A DNA stretch of 30,461 bases, from the NCBI GenBank assembly GCA_038087875.1, contig JAXLNO010000479.1, forward strand, positions 62,001-92,461, in the 5' to 3' direction. Positions 11,600 through 24,279 of this stretch are shown in pieces. The position numbers and the translations under genes are program-made. This DNA is from Malacoraja senta. Its lineage: Eukaryota. Numbering within the stretch: position 1 is the stretch's first letter; the number at the start of each line of letters is the position of its first letter. The notes under the pieces are model-generated. The model was given only the letters and a program-made list of their open reading frames with translations, made no database searches and had not been told where the DNA came from.

Positions 11600-14451
11600 C
11601 ATAGCAACATAGAAAATAGGTGCAGGAGGAGGCCATTCGGACGTTCGATACAGCACCGCCATTCATTGTGATCATGGCTGATCATCCACAATCAGATGAC
11701 TGCCTTCTCCCCATACCCCTTGATTCCGCCAGCTCCACGAGCTCAATCTTATTCTCTTTTAAATTCATCCAGTGAATTGGCCTCCACTGCCTTCCGTCGC
11801 AGAGAATTTCACAACTTTCTGGATGCAAAACTTTTTTCACATCTCAGTTTAAAATGGCCTCACCTTTATTCTTAGACTGTGGCCCCTGGTTCTGGACTTC
11901 CGCAACATTGGGAACATTTTCCCTGCATCTAGCTTGTCCAGTCCTTTTATAATTTTATATGTTTCTACAAGATCCCCCCTCATCCTTCTAAATTCCAGTC
12001 AATACAAGCCCAGTCTTTCCAATCTTTCCTCTTATGACATTCCCGCCACCCTCGGGAATAACCTTGTGAACCTACGCTGCACTCCCTCAATAGCACGGAT
12101 GTCCTTCCTCAAATTAGGAGACCAAATCTGCACACAATACTCCAGATGTGGATTCAGTAGGGCCCTGTAAAGCTGCAGAAGGACCTATACTCAAATCATC
12201 TCATTATGATGGCCAACATGCCATTCGCTTTCTTCGCAGCCTGCGGTAAATGCAAGTTTACTTTCAATGACTGGTGTACAAGGAAACCCAGGTCTCGTTG
12301 CACTTCCCTTTTTCCTAATCTGACACAATTGATATAATAATCTGCCTCTTTGTTCTTGCCTTCAAAGTGGATGACCTCACATGTATCTACATTATACTCC
12401 ACCTGCCATGCATCTGCCCTCTCAATCAACCTGTCCAGGTTACCCTGCAACTTCCTAGCATCCTCTTCGCAGTTCACACTGCCACCCAGCTTTGTGCCAT
12501 CTGCAAATTTGCTGATGTTACTTTTAATTTCATAATCCAATTCATTAATGTACATTGTAAATAGCTGCGGCCCCAGCAACGAGCATTGCGGCACTCCTCT
12601 CGCACTGTCTGCCATTCTGACAGGGACCCGTTTATTCCTACTCTTTGTTTCCTGCCTGCCAACCAATTCTCAATCCATGGCTTACCCTACCCTCAATACC
12701 TTGTGCTCCAATTTTGCCCACTATTCTCCTGTGTAGGACCTTATCAAAGGCTTTCTGAAAGTCCAGATACACTACATCCACTGGCTCTCCTTCATCCATT
12801 TTACCTGTCACATCTTCAAAAAATTCCGGAAGATTAGTCAAGCAGGATTTCCCCTTCATATATCCATGCTGACTTCGACCAATCCTATTACTATCATCCC
12901 AATGCGCCGTTATTACTTCTTTAATAATTGACTCCAGCATGCCCCCCAACCACCGATGTCAGGCTAACTGGTCTATAATTCTCCGTTTTCTCTCTCGCTC
13001 CTTTCTTGAAAATTTTGATAATTTTAGCTACCCTCCATCCACAAGCACAGTTCCTGAATCAAAGGAAAATGGGGAAATGATCACCAATGCGTCAACGATT
13101 TCTGGAGCCACCTACAGTACTTGAGTACCCTGGGATGCCCAGACCATCAGGCCCTGGGCATTTTACAGCCTTCAGTCTCATCAGTCTACCCAATATTATT
13201 TCTCGTCTAATGCAAATGTATTTATGTTCCTCTGTCTTCCTAGATCCTCTGTCATCTAGTACATCTGGGAGATTGTTGGTGTTTTCCTTATTGAAGACAG
13301 AACCAAAGTCCCTGTTCAACTCTTCTGCCATTTCCTTGTTCCCCATAATAATTTCACATGTTTCAGTCTTCAAGGGACCCACATGTGTATGTACTAATCT
13401 TTTTCGCTTAACACACCTAAATAAGCTTTTTACTATCCTTCTTTATATTATTGGCAAGCTTAACGTCGTATTTCATCTTTTCACCCCGTATTGCCCTTTT
13501 AGTTACCTTCTGATATCCTTTGAAAGTTTCCAAATCCTCTGGCTTCCCTCTACTCTTTGCGATATTATACATATTTTCTTTGAGTTTTCTACCGTCCCTA
13601 ACTTCCCTTGTCTGCCACGGTTGCCTCTTACTCCTCTTAGAATCTTTCTTCCTCTTTGGAATGAAATGATCCTGCATCTTCTGGATTATGCCCAGAAATA
13701 CCTGCCATTGCTGTTCCATCGTCATTCCTGCTAGGACCCTTTTCAAACCGGCCTTGGTCAGCTCCTCTCTCATGCCTTCATAGTCCCACTTGTTCAAATA
13801 CAACACTGACAATTCTGATTTAACCTTTTCCCTCTCAAATTGCAGATACAACTTATCATATTAGGATCACTATCTGCAAGCGATTCCTTTACCTTGAGTT
13901 CCCTTATTAAATCTGGTTCATTAGACAATACTAAATCCAGAATTGCCTTCTCTCAGATAGGCTCCAATACAAGCTGCTCTAAGAATCCATCTCGGAGGCA
14001 CTCTAAAAACTCCCTTTCTTGGGGTCCAGACTAAACCTGATATTCTAAGTCTGCATATTGAAATCTCCCATAACCAAAGTGGCATTACCTTTGTTACATG
14101 ACATTTTTAACTCCTGCTGCAACTTGCACCCTATATCCCGGCTACTGCGTGGGGGCCTGTAAATAGCTCCCATTAGTGTCTTCTTACCTTTCAATTCCTC
14201 ATTTCCAGTCCCTATGTCATCCCTCGCAAGGGTCTACATTTCGTCCCTCACCAACGGAGCTACCCCACCTCCTCTGCCCACTCGCCTGTCCTTTCTGAAG
14301 GACGTATAACCCTGAATATTCCGTTCACAACCCTTATCCTCCTGCAGCCATGTATCTGTAATCCCCACAATGTCATATATACCAATCTCTAACTGAGCCT
14401 CGTTCATCCACTTTATTTTTTATACATCGCGTATTCATATATAATGCTTTT
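11600..14451 (-). mobile_element. CR1-clade LINE, duplicate copy including its 3' tail
   Basis: Same motifs as 1-2790. The 3' tail appears as CATAGCAACATAGAAAATAGGTGCAGG near 11600. Confidence 0.95.
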
Positions 14452-17400
14452 AAAACAGAAAACTGTTAATCAGTCTGCAGTCTTATAGGGATTGAATAGT
14501 CACGTTTCTCGTCTATATTTCGGGTGACATTACTGATGAGGAATATCGTGATACACGCTTCCCTAGAAACATCTATAAGATTACCATGCTTCGTCAGCTA
14601 ATCATATCTCTCGGCATTCATGGCCTTAATGTCGATTCATTAATTTGTATCACAATAATCACCTGCATTGTTGCCAAAAAATGACCACACAATATCACGT
14701 GTCCATGATGACTGTGAAAGATACTCAAATAAAAATCCTGGCAGGAATTCTCTTTCCACTTGTATATGGAACGTGATTATATTGGTTTCTGAAGGGCAGC
14801 CTAACTGCAATTCCCAGCAACGGCACAGTAAGATTTAATTTTCATGTTATCTGAATTATTTATTTTGCTTGCAACAATTGTCATTGCCGATAGTACTCCG
14901 CACGCACGCAAAACGATTAATTCGAAAGTAACACCGCAGTAGGCTGATTATGGTTTACTGTCTATTTTTGTTGTTCAATAACGAGGACAAATGTTTCAGA
15001 AAACACAGACACAGGAGATTGAGATTGAGATTGGAGATTGACGGATCGAGATCCTTCATCCGGATTGAGATTGCACGACTGCAGTCCAAGTGAAATCAGT
15101 CTAAGCATAGAAACATGGACAATATATACAGGAGAAGGCCATTAAGCCCTTTGAGCCAACACTGCCATTCAATACGAATATGGCTGATCATCCAGAATCA
15201 GTACCCCGTTCCTGCTTTCCCCTCCATATCCCTTGATTCAGTTAGCCCTAAGAGCTATATCTAAATGGTGAGACGGGATATGAGATTGCGAAATTCCGAT
15301 TTATATATTTCTTAAAACCATTCAATTAAAAAAAAAATGTAGTTGTTCCTACAGAGAATGTTGTTCTTTTTGCAGTAATAATTTTATATCTAACTGATTA
15401 CTGATATCCGTCCAATTTCGGGTCAACCAGCATCTGGGGATGGAATTGAATTTCGGGTAGAGACTCTTCTTCAGATAGTTTGAAGAATGATCCCGACCCG
15501 AAATGTCAATATGTCTGCGTCCTTTAGCGTTTTTCTAATTATCCATTAGTTGCCCGGTCAAATTACTTTTACTTTTTAATTACTTTTTAAGAAGATTATC
15601 TCCGTCGTACGTGTTCTACCCGCGTAAGAGGCGTTTTCTGAATTACAATCCGTATTTTAATAAACCAAACAAATTGGATCGCCGACTCTGTGCGAATATC
15701 GTTGCACTTCACATTTTGGGAGTGATGTAAACATTTATATCCAAATTCCAAATATATCCATAATGTCTTTTAATAGGCAGGCTAACAGGAAGGTCACGGA
15801 TTTGAATCTAGAACGGCAAATAGTTTTTTAAGTGGGATCCTGTGCGGATCCTTCAGTCGGACAGAATCTATTTTCTGGTTAAATTTAGCAAACACCCCAG
15901 TCACCTACTGAAGTCTAATAATATCTCAGGGAAACCTTAATGCTGCTATGAGCATTGCATAAAGAAAGGAATTATGAGTGGTTTCTTTTTAATTTAATAT
16001 TTTGTCGTTATTCTTATGGATAACTGTCGTTAACACATTTTGCAATAAATTAAAAACGAGAAGCAATACATTATGTTTTAGTTATTTTCCCACAAAGCAT
16101 TCTTGGCGAAGACATTCACTAATTTCTTGTGAACTGTTATTCCCTTGTTTAGTTGAACAACTGTTGCTCTTCATTCGTTTTTGCTAATTAAGATACGGAG
16201 GTTTAAACATACACCTGAAATTTATAATGATTCAGATATGTTGAAACTGTGCTACGTTGGTAAATAACAGACTTATTGATATGCTTGGAATATTGTACCA
16301 GTGTTATTGTAGTTGTGAATATGTGCAATGTATTCGTATTGAAATCCTAAATTCTGCATCTGTTGAGATGTACAATGGTGAGTTCGGCTCAGGAAACTAT
16401 TAGGACTAGGGCTAACCTACACGCCTCCAGACGCAGAGCAACACAATCTAAACAATAACAACGTGTTAATTGGAAATCTGAAATAGTGACAGAAAATGGT
16501 GGTATAGAAGTAGCTAATATTCGTGTCCGATACCCTTGGCCCAGTTCCCCAGAACTGCGGAAAAAGAGAAGGGACATTTGTCTCTATAGTAGAGTTGAAA
16601 CGTGATGGCAATGAGTGTAATAAAATAACCGTCTCTGTTAATGTGAAGTAATGCAACCATCAGGATCAGTTATGGCAGAGATCAAACTGGATTAAGTGAA
16701 CAAGTACAAGTACCTGGTCCTTCACAGAAGCAACAATTGTGCGTTGCCTTTACGCATAATCTGCAAATTTTACCGAAATAACTTGGAACTCTGTCTATGA
16801 TGAGAAGCAACTGGGCATCGCGTTCTTCGCAGTGTTGCCATCACCGATGGTCGGTGCGCTCAGGATGGGTCGGCTGACGTGGTTCTCTGTTGTTGTGCCC
16901 ATGGTCCACATGACACATAATAATTCCAATCTCTCAATTACCTGTACGGGAAATCCTGTTCCCGACATCAATTGCCTCTCGAACGCAGTTAAAATTAAAC
17001 GATCTTCCTCTGCCAATATCTATTGAAGTCGTGAAAATAGAAAACCCTCTAAATATACATGTCCCGAAACCATCTTGATGCTCAGGGAACGTGACTTAGC
17101 AAAACAAATGGGATACTTCGCTCCATCTTCTTCACACAGCGACATTTCAGAAGCGCATAATAAACAAACAACACTCGGATGATGGTAACGAGAAAAATTA
17201 AACCTTGCATCAAACAGATCCCTATCAATCCCAGCCATCCCTTTCGACATCCCCGCAGAGACAACGTAATCCTCCTATTATCATCTTGTTTCGTGCATCT
17301 TGGCTGCCTCTTCACGAATTCGGTCAGCCAGATTGATAATGTTCACTTTTAAATCGAGGACGCATTCGACGCGGAGCGGGCGAGCTGTCGCCGGGGGTCG

Positions 17401-18064
17401 CCGGAGAGGAGCGCTCCGATCGCTGGCCCGCGGCAGCCTGAAGCCGCGGTCTGCAGAGCACCAGCTGGCGCGGCGTCCTGGGCCTGGGATCCCCCGTTGG
17501 GGATCCGGGAGGAGAGGAGCATCGACCGCCGGCCCGCGGCCAACTTCTACCGCGGGCGCAGAGTGGACGTACCATCAGGAGCGGGGTCCCTCGCCGGGGA
17601 CCCCTGGAGCGGAGCTCCGACCGCCGACCCTGCGTTCTGCGGTGCTTCCAGCTGCTGCGCGGCGGGGACTTTTGATCTTCGACCGCCGGCCTGCGGCCTA
17701 CACCAACCTGAAGCCGCGGTCTCCGGTAGGGAAGTACCGATTTAGGACTTACCTGGACTTTACCTTGTCGACACATCTGGACTCACGCAGCGGCGACTGC
17801 GGAGGGTTGAGTTCCCGACCACGGGGGAAATGGAGGAGGACTGGCCAAATTGTGTGCCTTCCTCCACAGTGATGAATGCTGTGGTGGATGTTTATTTTAA
17901 GATTATATTGTGTTTTTGTGTGTTATTTTTTCATCGTACCGCTGCTGGCAAATTCATTTCACTTGCACTTTATGTTTGCACTTTATGTGCAAGTGACGAA
18001 TAAAACTGATTGTATTGTATTGTTACATCTATATTACTAAAACTATGATCTTGATCGCTTTCGC
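11662..18064 (+). repeat. Segmental direct duplication, copy 2
   Basis: Same as 1-6404 apart from scattered substitutions; roughly 99% identical by eye, not computed. Confidence 0.97.
16238..17350 (+). pseudogene. Duplicate of the putative Ig-superfamily pseudogene
   Basis: Same sequence as 4577-5690, with one T fewer near 16520 and a few substitutions. Confidence 0.35.
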
Positions 18065-18380
18065 CACTCTGTTTCGGGATTTCCGAGAGAACGCCGCCAC
18101 TTACGGCCGTCTTTTTTGGCCACCTCGCTCAGAACCCCCCTCCGCCGGATTGGACTGGAGGATTTTTCCCATCGATGAAAAATCTGAGATTTATTAATGT
18201 TTTTAAAAATGTCGCCATTTTTCTCTGCTGCCCCCGCTGGCGGCAGGGGGAGGGACTATGAAACTCGGAAGTGTCGTGCCACACTCAGTCTCTGCGAGAC
18301 GGAGGAAGCGAGAGGGTCACGGCTCTCTGAGCTGCGAATAAATGAACGCACGTCTACTCCACGGTGAGTCTCACTTCCAT
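18028..18380 (+). mobile_element. 5' part of a second non-autonomous Helitron
   Basis: A|TCTATATTACTAAAA 5' end, with a different body from the 6368 element after 37 bp. It runs into a C/T tract and no convincing hairpin-CTAG end was found. Confidence 0.65.
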
Positions 18381-18982
18381 CCCCCCTCTCCCTCTGCCCC
18401 TCCCTCCCACTATCCCCTCCTCCCCCTCTCCCCTCCCCGGCTGCCTACTCCCCTCTTTCCTCACTCCTTCCCCCTCCTCTCTCCCCTTCCCCTCTCCCCT
18501 TCCCCTCCCTCCCTCTCCCCTTCCCCTCCCCTCTCCCCTCCTCCTTCCCTCCCCCTCTCCCCCCATCTCTCCCCCTCTCCCCTTCCCCACCCCCTCTCCC
18601 CTCCCCTCTCCCCTCTCCCTCTCCCCACCCCCTCTCCGCTCCCCCTCTCCTCTCCCCCTCTCCCCCTCCCCCTCTCCCCTTCCCCTCTCTCCCTCCCTCC
18701 CTCTCCCCTCCCCCTCTCCCCTCCCCCTCTCCCCTCCCCCTCTCCCCTCCCCCTCTCCCCTCCTCCTCTCCCCCTTTCCCCTCCCCCTCTCCCCTCCCCC
18801 TCTCCCCTCCCCCTCTCCCCTCTCCCCTCCCCCTCTCCCCTCCCCCTCTCCCCCTCTCCCTTCCCCCTCCCCCTCTCCCCTCCCCCTCTCCCTCTCCCCA
18901 CTCCCCTCTCTACTCCCCTCCCCCTCTCCCCTCCCCCTCTCCCCTCTCCCTCCCTCTCTCCCCTCCCCCTCTCCCCTTCCCC
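18381..18982. repeat. Polypyrimidine (CCCCT/CCCCTCT)n tract
   Basis: About 600 bp made almost entirely of C and T. Confidence 0.97.
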
Positions 18983-18991
18983 ACGCTACCA

Positions 18992-19016
18992 GGGGATTTC
19001 CACCGGTTTCACCTTC
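18992..19016 (+). promoter_or_regulatory. NF-kB site plus ISRE-like site
   Basis: GGGGATTTCC at 18992-19001; GGTTTCACCTTC at 19005-19016. Confidence 0.6.
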
Positions 19017-19054
19017 GCTGCGAAGCGGGGCGCGGCTGCCAGTCGTGACGCTGG

Positions 19055-19119
19055 CCAATGGGAGTAGAGCGCGCCTGTGAGTCAGCAGTTGCTGGGTAGA
19101 GCGGAGCTGTACAGGTTGA
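19055..19119 (-). promoter_or_regulatory. MHC-type S-X1-X2-Y module (inverted)
   Basis: Minus strand: TCAACCT, 16 nt, CCCAGCAAC-TGC-TGACTCA, 18 nt, ATTGG. Confidence 0.75.
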
Positions 19120-19190
19120 GTTTCTGTCTCTAGATAACCCCGCCGCTGCTGCTGCTGAGCGCAGCCCTTCTATTCAGTCCGCAGAACATG

Positions 19191-19325
19191 GACACCATAA
19201 CCTGGAGTAGCAGCGGGACAAGCAGCATCTCTGGAGAGAATGAATGGGTCCATTCCCGTGAGATGCTGCCTGTCCGTTGAGTTACTCCAGCATTTTGTGT
19301 CAATCTTCGGTTTAAACCAGCATCT
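19191..19325. mobile_element. Palindromic remnant of two inverted Penelope-like termini
   Basis: CTGGAGTAGCAGCGGGACAAGCAGCATCTC is inverted relative to GAGATGCTGCCTGTCCGTTGAGTTACTCCAG. Confidence 0.7.
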
Positions 19326-19329
19326 TAGA

Positions 19330-20740
19330 CAATACACAATAGTTGCAGGGGTAGGCCATTCGGCCCTGCGAGGCAGCGCCGCCATTCACTGTGATCATGG
19401 CTGATCATCCACAATCCCGGTCCTGCCTTCACCCCATTTCCCTTGACCCCACTATCTTTAAGAGCTCTATTTAACTATCTCTTGAAAACATCCAGAGAAT
19501 TGATGTCCACCACCCTCTGAGAGAGAATTCCACAGATTCACAACTCTCTGGGTAAAAACAGTATTTCCTCATCTCCGTTTAAATGGCCTACACCTTATTC
19601 TTAAACTAAGGCTCCTGGTTCTGGACTCCCCCAACATCGGGAACATGTTTCCTGCCTCCAGTGTGTCCAATCCCTTAATAATCTTATATGTATCAATAAG
19701 ATGCCCTCTCATCCTTCTAAATTCCAGTGTATACAAGCCCAGTCGCTCCATTCTTTCGACATATGACAGTCCCGCCATCTTGGGAATAAACGTCGTGAAC
19801 CTACTCCCTCAATAGCAAGAATGTCCTTCCTCAAATTTGGAGACATAAACTGCACACAATACTCCAGTTGTGGTCTCACTAGGGCCCTGTACAACTGCAG
19901 AAGGACCTCTTTGCTACTATACTCAACTCATCTTGTTATGAAGCCCAACATGCCATTAGCTTTCTCACTGCCTGCTGTACCTGCAAGCTTACTTTCATTG
20001 ACAGATGAACAATAACCCCCAAGACCCCGTTTTCCTAACTTGACATAATTCATATAATAAACTGCCTTCCTGTTCTTGCCACCAAAGTGGATAACCTCAC
20101 ATTTATCCACATTAAACTGCATTTGCCATGCATCTGCCCACTTACCCAACCTGTCCAAGTCACACTGCATCCTCATAGCATCCTTCTCACAGTTCACACT
20201 GCCACCCAGCTTTGTGTCATCTACAAATTTGCTTATGTTACTTTTAACCCTTCATCTAAATCATTAATGTATATTGTAAATATCTGCGGTCCCAGCACCG
20301 AAACTTGCGGTAACCCACTACACTTGTCACTGCCTGCCATTCTGAAAGGGACCCGTTAATCACTACTATTTGTTTCCTGTCTGCCAACCAATTTTCTATC
20401 CTCGTCAGTACCCTGCCCTAACATGTGCTCTAATTTTGCCCACTAATCTCCTATGTGGGACCTTATCAAAGGCTTTCTGAAATTCGAGGTACACTACATC
20501 CACTAGCTCGCCCTTGTCCATTTTCCTAGTTACATCCTCAGAAAATTCCAGATTAGTCAAGCATGATTTCCCCTTCGTAAATCCATGCTGACTCGGACTG
20601 ATCCTGTTACTGCTATCCAAATGTGCCGCTATTTCATATTTTATAATTGACTCCAGCATCTTCCCCACCACCAATGTCAGACTAACTGGTCTATAATTCA
20701 CTGTTTTATCTCTCCCGCCTTTCTAAAACAGTGGAATAAC
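19330..20740 (-). mobile_element. 5'-truncated CR1-clade LINE (RT + 3' UTR)
   Basis: NYRPVSLTLVVGK, YLEFQKAFDKVPH, WQMQFNVDKCEVIHFG, YRALVRPQLEYCVQF and LEFRRMRG. Confidence 0.95.
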
Positions 20741-21245
20741 CGAGGACCAGCCCGGAAGACCCCGCTCGCCTGCCACGTATCGAGGACCCACGGGAACCCA
20801 GCTGGAGGGCCGGTGAGCAGACCGGCTGCGGGAGGGAGTGCACGGCCTGGATGGGGGAGTGGGCCGCTGGAGGCCCTGCAGCTGCCTGGGGCTCGGCTGG
20901 ATCTGGCGCCGCTCCAAGAGGCCGAGCACGTGGACCAGACTCGGTGGAGCAGCGGTGGAGGACACCACGGCTACGCTTGGCCAGGCCGACCCTGCAACGC
21001 CACCAGGACAATGGGCCTTCACGGTCAGATCAAGATCCCTGCACTTACAACAACTGGGACTTGAACATGGCGCCAAACTGACAACTTTGTATTGTGTCTC
21101 ACTGTACTACTGCTGTACACCAACACTGTATCTACAATGCTTATCTAATATGTATCTAAGTGCTTATGTATAGTGATACTTGTACTAAACTGTATCCAAA
21201 CATGAATTTCCCTGTACCTCGGTACAGGTGACAAATAAAGTATCA
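20741..21245 (+). mobile_element. GC-rich non-coding retroposon with 3' hairpin and AATAAA
   Basis: GC-rich body ending in CCTGTACC-TC-GGTACAGG (21211-21228) followed by ACAAATAAAG. Confidence 0.65.
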
Positions 21246-21253
21246 GACCATAC

Positions 21254-21390
21254 CTGTGCCAGTGCACTGTTCAGAAGGAGTGTCCGTGCCAGTGCACTGG
21301 ACAGAGGGGGTGTCGGTGGACAGTCGTGTGACCAGTGACCCGTGGTCATCGCTGTGAATGTGGGAGCATCGTGAGGCTGAACTGGTCAGT
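21254..21390 (-). other. Candidate internal exon of an unidentified minus-strand transcript
   Basis: Acceptor ctctctcccgtgcccttaacacacacag| and donor CAG|gtatgg. 137 bp with one fully open frame, LTSSASRCSHIHSDDHGSLVTRLSTDTPSVQCTGTDTPSEQCTGT. Confidence 0.4.
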
Positions 21391-21497
21391 CTGTGTGTGT
21401 TAAGGGCACGGGAGAGAGAATGCTCATCTCTCCTCGCCGAATAAAGTCTGATTCTCTCGGGAGCAGGGCAGGGAAAGGGTGCTCTGATCACAAACGA

Positions 21498-21900
<403 letters not shown>

Positions 21901-21902
21901 TT

Positions 21903-22549
21903 TTGGTATGTTAGCATTCATAGCAAAAGGATTTGAGTATAGGAGCAGGGAGGTTCTACTGCAGTTGTACAGGGTCTTGGAGAGACCACATCTGGAGTAT
22001 TGCGTACAGTTGTGCTCTCCAAATTTGAGGAAAGACATTCTTGCCATAGAGGGAGTACAGAGAAGGTTCACCAGACTGATTCCTGGGATGTCAGGACTTT
22101 CATATGAAGAAAGTGGATAGACTCGGCTTGTACTCGCTAGAATTTAGAATATTGAGAGGAGATCTTATAAAAACTTACAAAATTCTTAAGGGGTTGGACA
22201 GGCTAGATGCAGGAAGATTGTTCCCGATGTTGGGGATGTCCAGGACAAGGGGTCACAGTTTAAGGATAAATGGGAAATCCTTTAGGACCGAGATGAGAAA
22301 AACATTTTTCACACAGAGAGTGGTGAATCTCTGGAACTCTCTGCCACAGAAGGTAGTTGAGGCCAGTTCATTGGCTATAATTAAGAGGGAGTTAGATGTG
22401 GCCCTTGTGGCTAAAGGGATTAGGGGGTATGGAGAGGAGGCAGGTACAGGATACTGGGTTGGATGATCAGCCATGATCATATTGAATGTCGGTGCAGGCT
22501 CAAAGGGCCGAATGGCCTACACCTGCACCTATTTTCTATGTTTCTATGT
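21903..22549 (+). mobile_element. CR1-clade LINE 3' fragment with tail
   Basis: GMLAFIAKGFEYRSREVLLQLY and LGLYSLEFRILRGDLI; tail TTCTATGTTTCTATGT. Confidence 0.95.
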
Positions 22550-23004
22550 GATGCCTCCAGCCAGCCCATGCGTTGGGAAACTCCCCGTGGCTGGGCGCGG
22601 ATCTGAGTCACTCCGTCCCAAGCGAAGCCGCAGGAGGAAACTGAAACAGAGAGAGTTGGAAACGCTACAGTGGCGAGGCAGCGTTACTGGAGAGCGGGGG
22701 AGATCAATGTCCACGTCCCAACCCCCGCCCGGCTCCCTGTCGCACATCTGAGCTGGAGGTGGCGGCAGAGGGGGGGGGGGCGTTGGACAAGGCTCGGTGT
22801 CGGTGAGGACACAAGACACTGCAGTCGCTGGAATCTGGAAAGGGGATCCGTGGTGGAAACAGTGCATGTTGTAGTTTCAGGTGGAGACCCTGTATTCACA
22901 GACCCTGATGCAGAGTCTCAGTCTGAAACCGCCATGTACCATTTCTACCCCTTACATCTCCACAGCTGCTGCTCGACCCGCTGAGCATATAGGTTGTTGT
23001 TTTT

Positions 23005-23900
23005 TGTCATATAGTATGGAAACAGGCCATTCGGCCCAACTCATTCATGCCGGCCCTTCTAAGCTAGTCGCATTTGCCCACATTTGGGCCATACCCCTCT
23101 AAACATTTCCTATCCATGTATCTGTCCAAGTGTCTCTAGTGCGGCTATAGTACCTGTCTCAAACACATACTCTGGCAGCTCGTTCCATACCCACCACCCT
23201 CTGTGGAAATAAGCTGTTCCTCAGCTTTCTATTAAATCTTGCCCTCTCACCTTAAACCTGTGTTCTCTGCTTTTTGATTCCCCTACCCTGAGTAAATGAC
23301 TGTGCATTTCCCCTCTCATAATGTTATACACCTCATTAGATCACCCCTCAGCCTCCTGCACTCCAAGGAACAAAATCCTAGCCTGCCCAACCTATCCCTG
23401 TAGTTCAGGCAACTGAATCATCCTTCCACAACCAGAGAACAGTTCTGAACTACTATCTACCTCTTTGTTGACCCAAGGACTATCCTTGATTGGACTTTGC
23501 TGGCTTTACGTTGCACGTAACTATGTGATACATGATTCCCTCTCAATGTTCCCTCATCACGCATTAAACTGTAAATGGCTCGATTGTAATCATGTATTGT
23601 CTTTCTGCTGACTGGATAGCACGTAACAAAATCTTTTCACTGTACCTGGGTACATGTGACAATAAACTAAACTAACCTAAACTAGGCAATCGAGTTCTGG
23701 CAACATCCTCGTAAATCTTCAATGAACTCATTCCAGCTTAATAACATTGTTCCTATAACAGGGTGACCAAAACAGAACACAATACTCCAAGTGTGGCCTC
23801 ACCAACATCTTGCACAACTGCAACGTAATCTCCCAGTTTCCAAACTCAATACGCTGACTGATGAAGGCCAATCCACCAAGAACCTTCTTCACCACCCTAT
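23005..23900 (-). mobile_element. Older CR1-type 3' fragment interrupted by an insertion
   Basis: LVRPHLEYCVLFWSPCY in the ORF at 23728; 3' UTR with GGCCATTCGGCCC near 23025. Confidence 0.8.
23413..23683 (+). mobile_element. LINE 3'-end fragment (probably Rex/Babar-type) with hairpin and (TAAAC)n tail
   Basis: TGTACCTGGGTACA hairpin, AATAAA and ACTAAACTAACCTAAACT tail. Flanked by AGGCAA at 23407-23412 and 23684-23689, a possible target-site duplication. Confidence 0.65.
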
Positions 23901-24012
23901 CGACCAGTGACAGCACATTGTTGACGGAGGTCACGGGGGTGTAGAGTGGGGGGAGGGGATTGGAAGTGATGGTGAGGGGAGGGGAGGGGGGATGGGGAGG
24001 GGGGAGGTAATG

Positions 24013-24190
24013 GTGAAGGGGAGCACATGGACGGAGGTGTGGGGAAGGAGGGGACAGGTGGAATACCTGTGTGAAGGGGAGCACATGGAAGGAGGCGTGG
24101 GGAAGGAGGGGACAGGTGGAATACCTTTGTGAAGGGGAGCACATGGAAGGAGGCGTGGGGAAGGAGGGGACAGGTGGAATACCTGTGTGA
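24013..24190. repeat. About 59-bp purine-rich tandem repeat, 3 copies
   Basis: GTGAAGGGGAGCACATGGAAGGAGGCGTGGGGAAGGAGGGGACAGGTGGAATACCT repeated three times. Confidence 0.92.
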
Positions 24191-24279
24191 GATTTGATTC
24201 ACGGCACCCAGCTTCATTCCTATGATTTCTGTCGAAGGTCCTCAGTCCTGAAACGTTGCCTGTGTTTCTCCCTCCACAG

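Noticed and set aside
18342..19080. Pro/Leu/Ser-rich and Gly/Glu/Arg-rich ORFs of about 240 aa
   Set aside because: Stop-free only because they span the C/T tract.
19129..19133. CTAG as the 3' end of the Helitron starting at 18028
   Set aside because: No subterminal hairpin, and it is followed by A rather than T.
24013..24190. CRISPR-like array
   Set aside because: Contiguous tandem units with no unique spacers, in a eukaryotic context.
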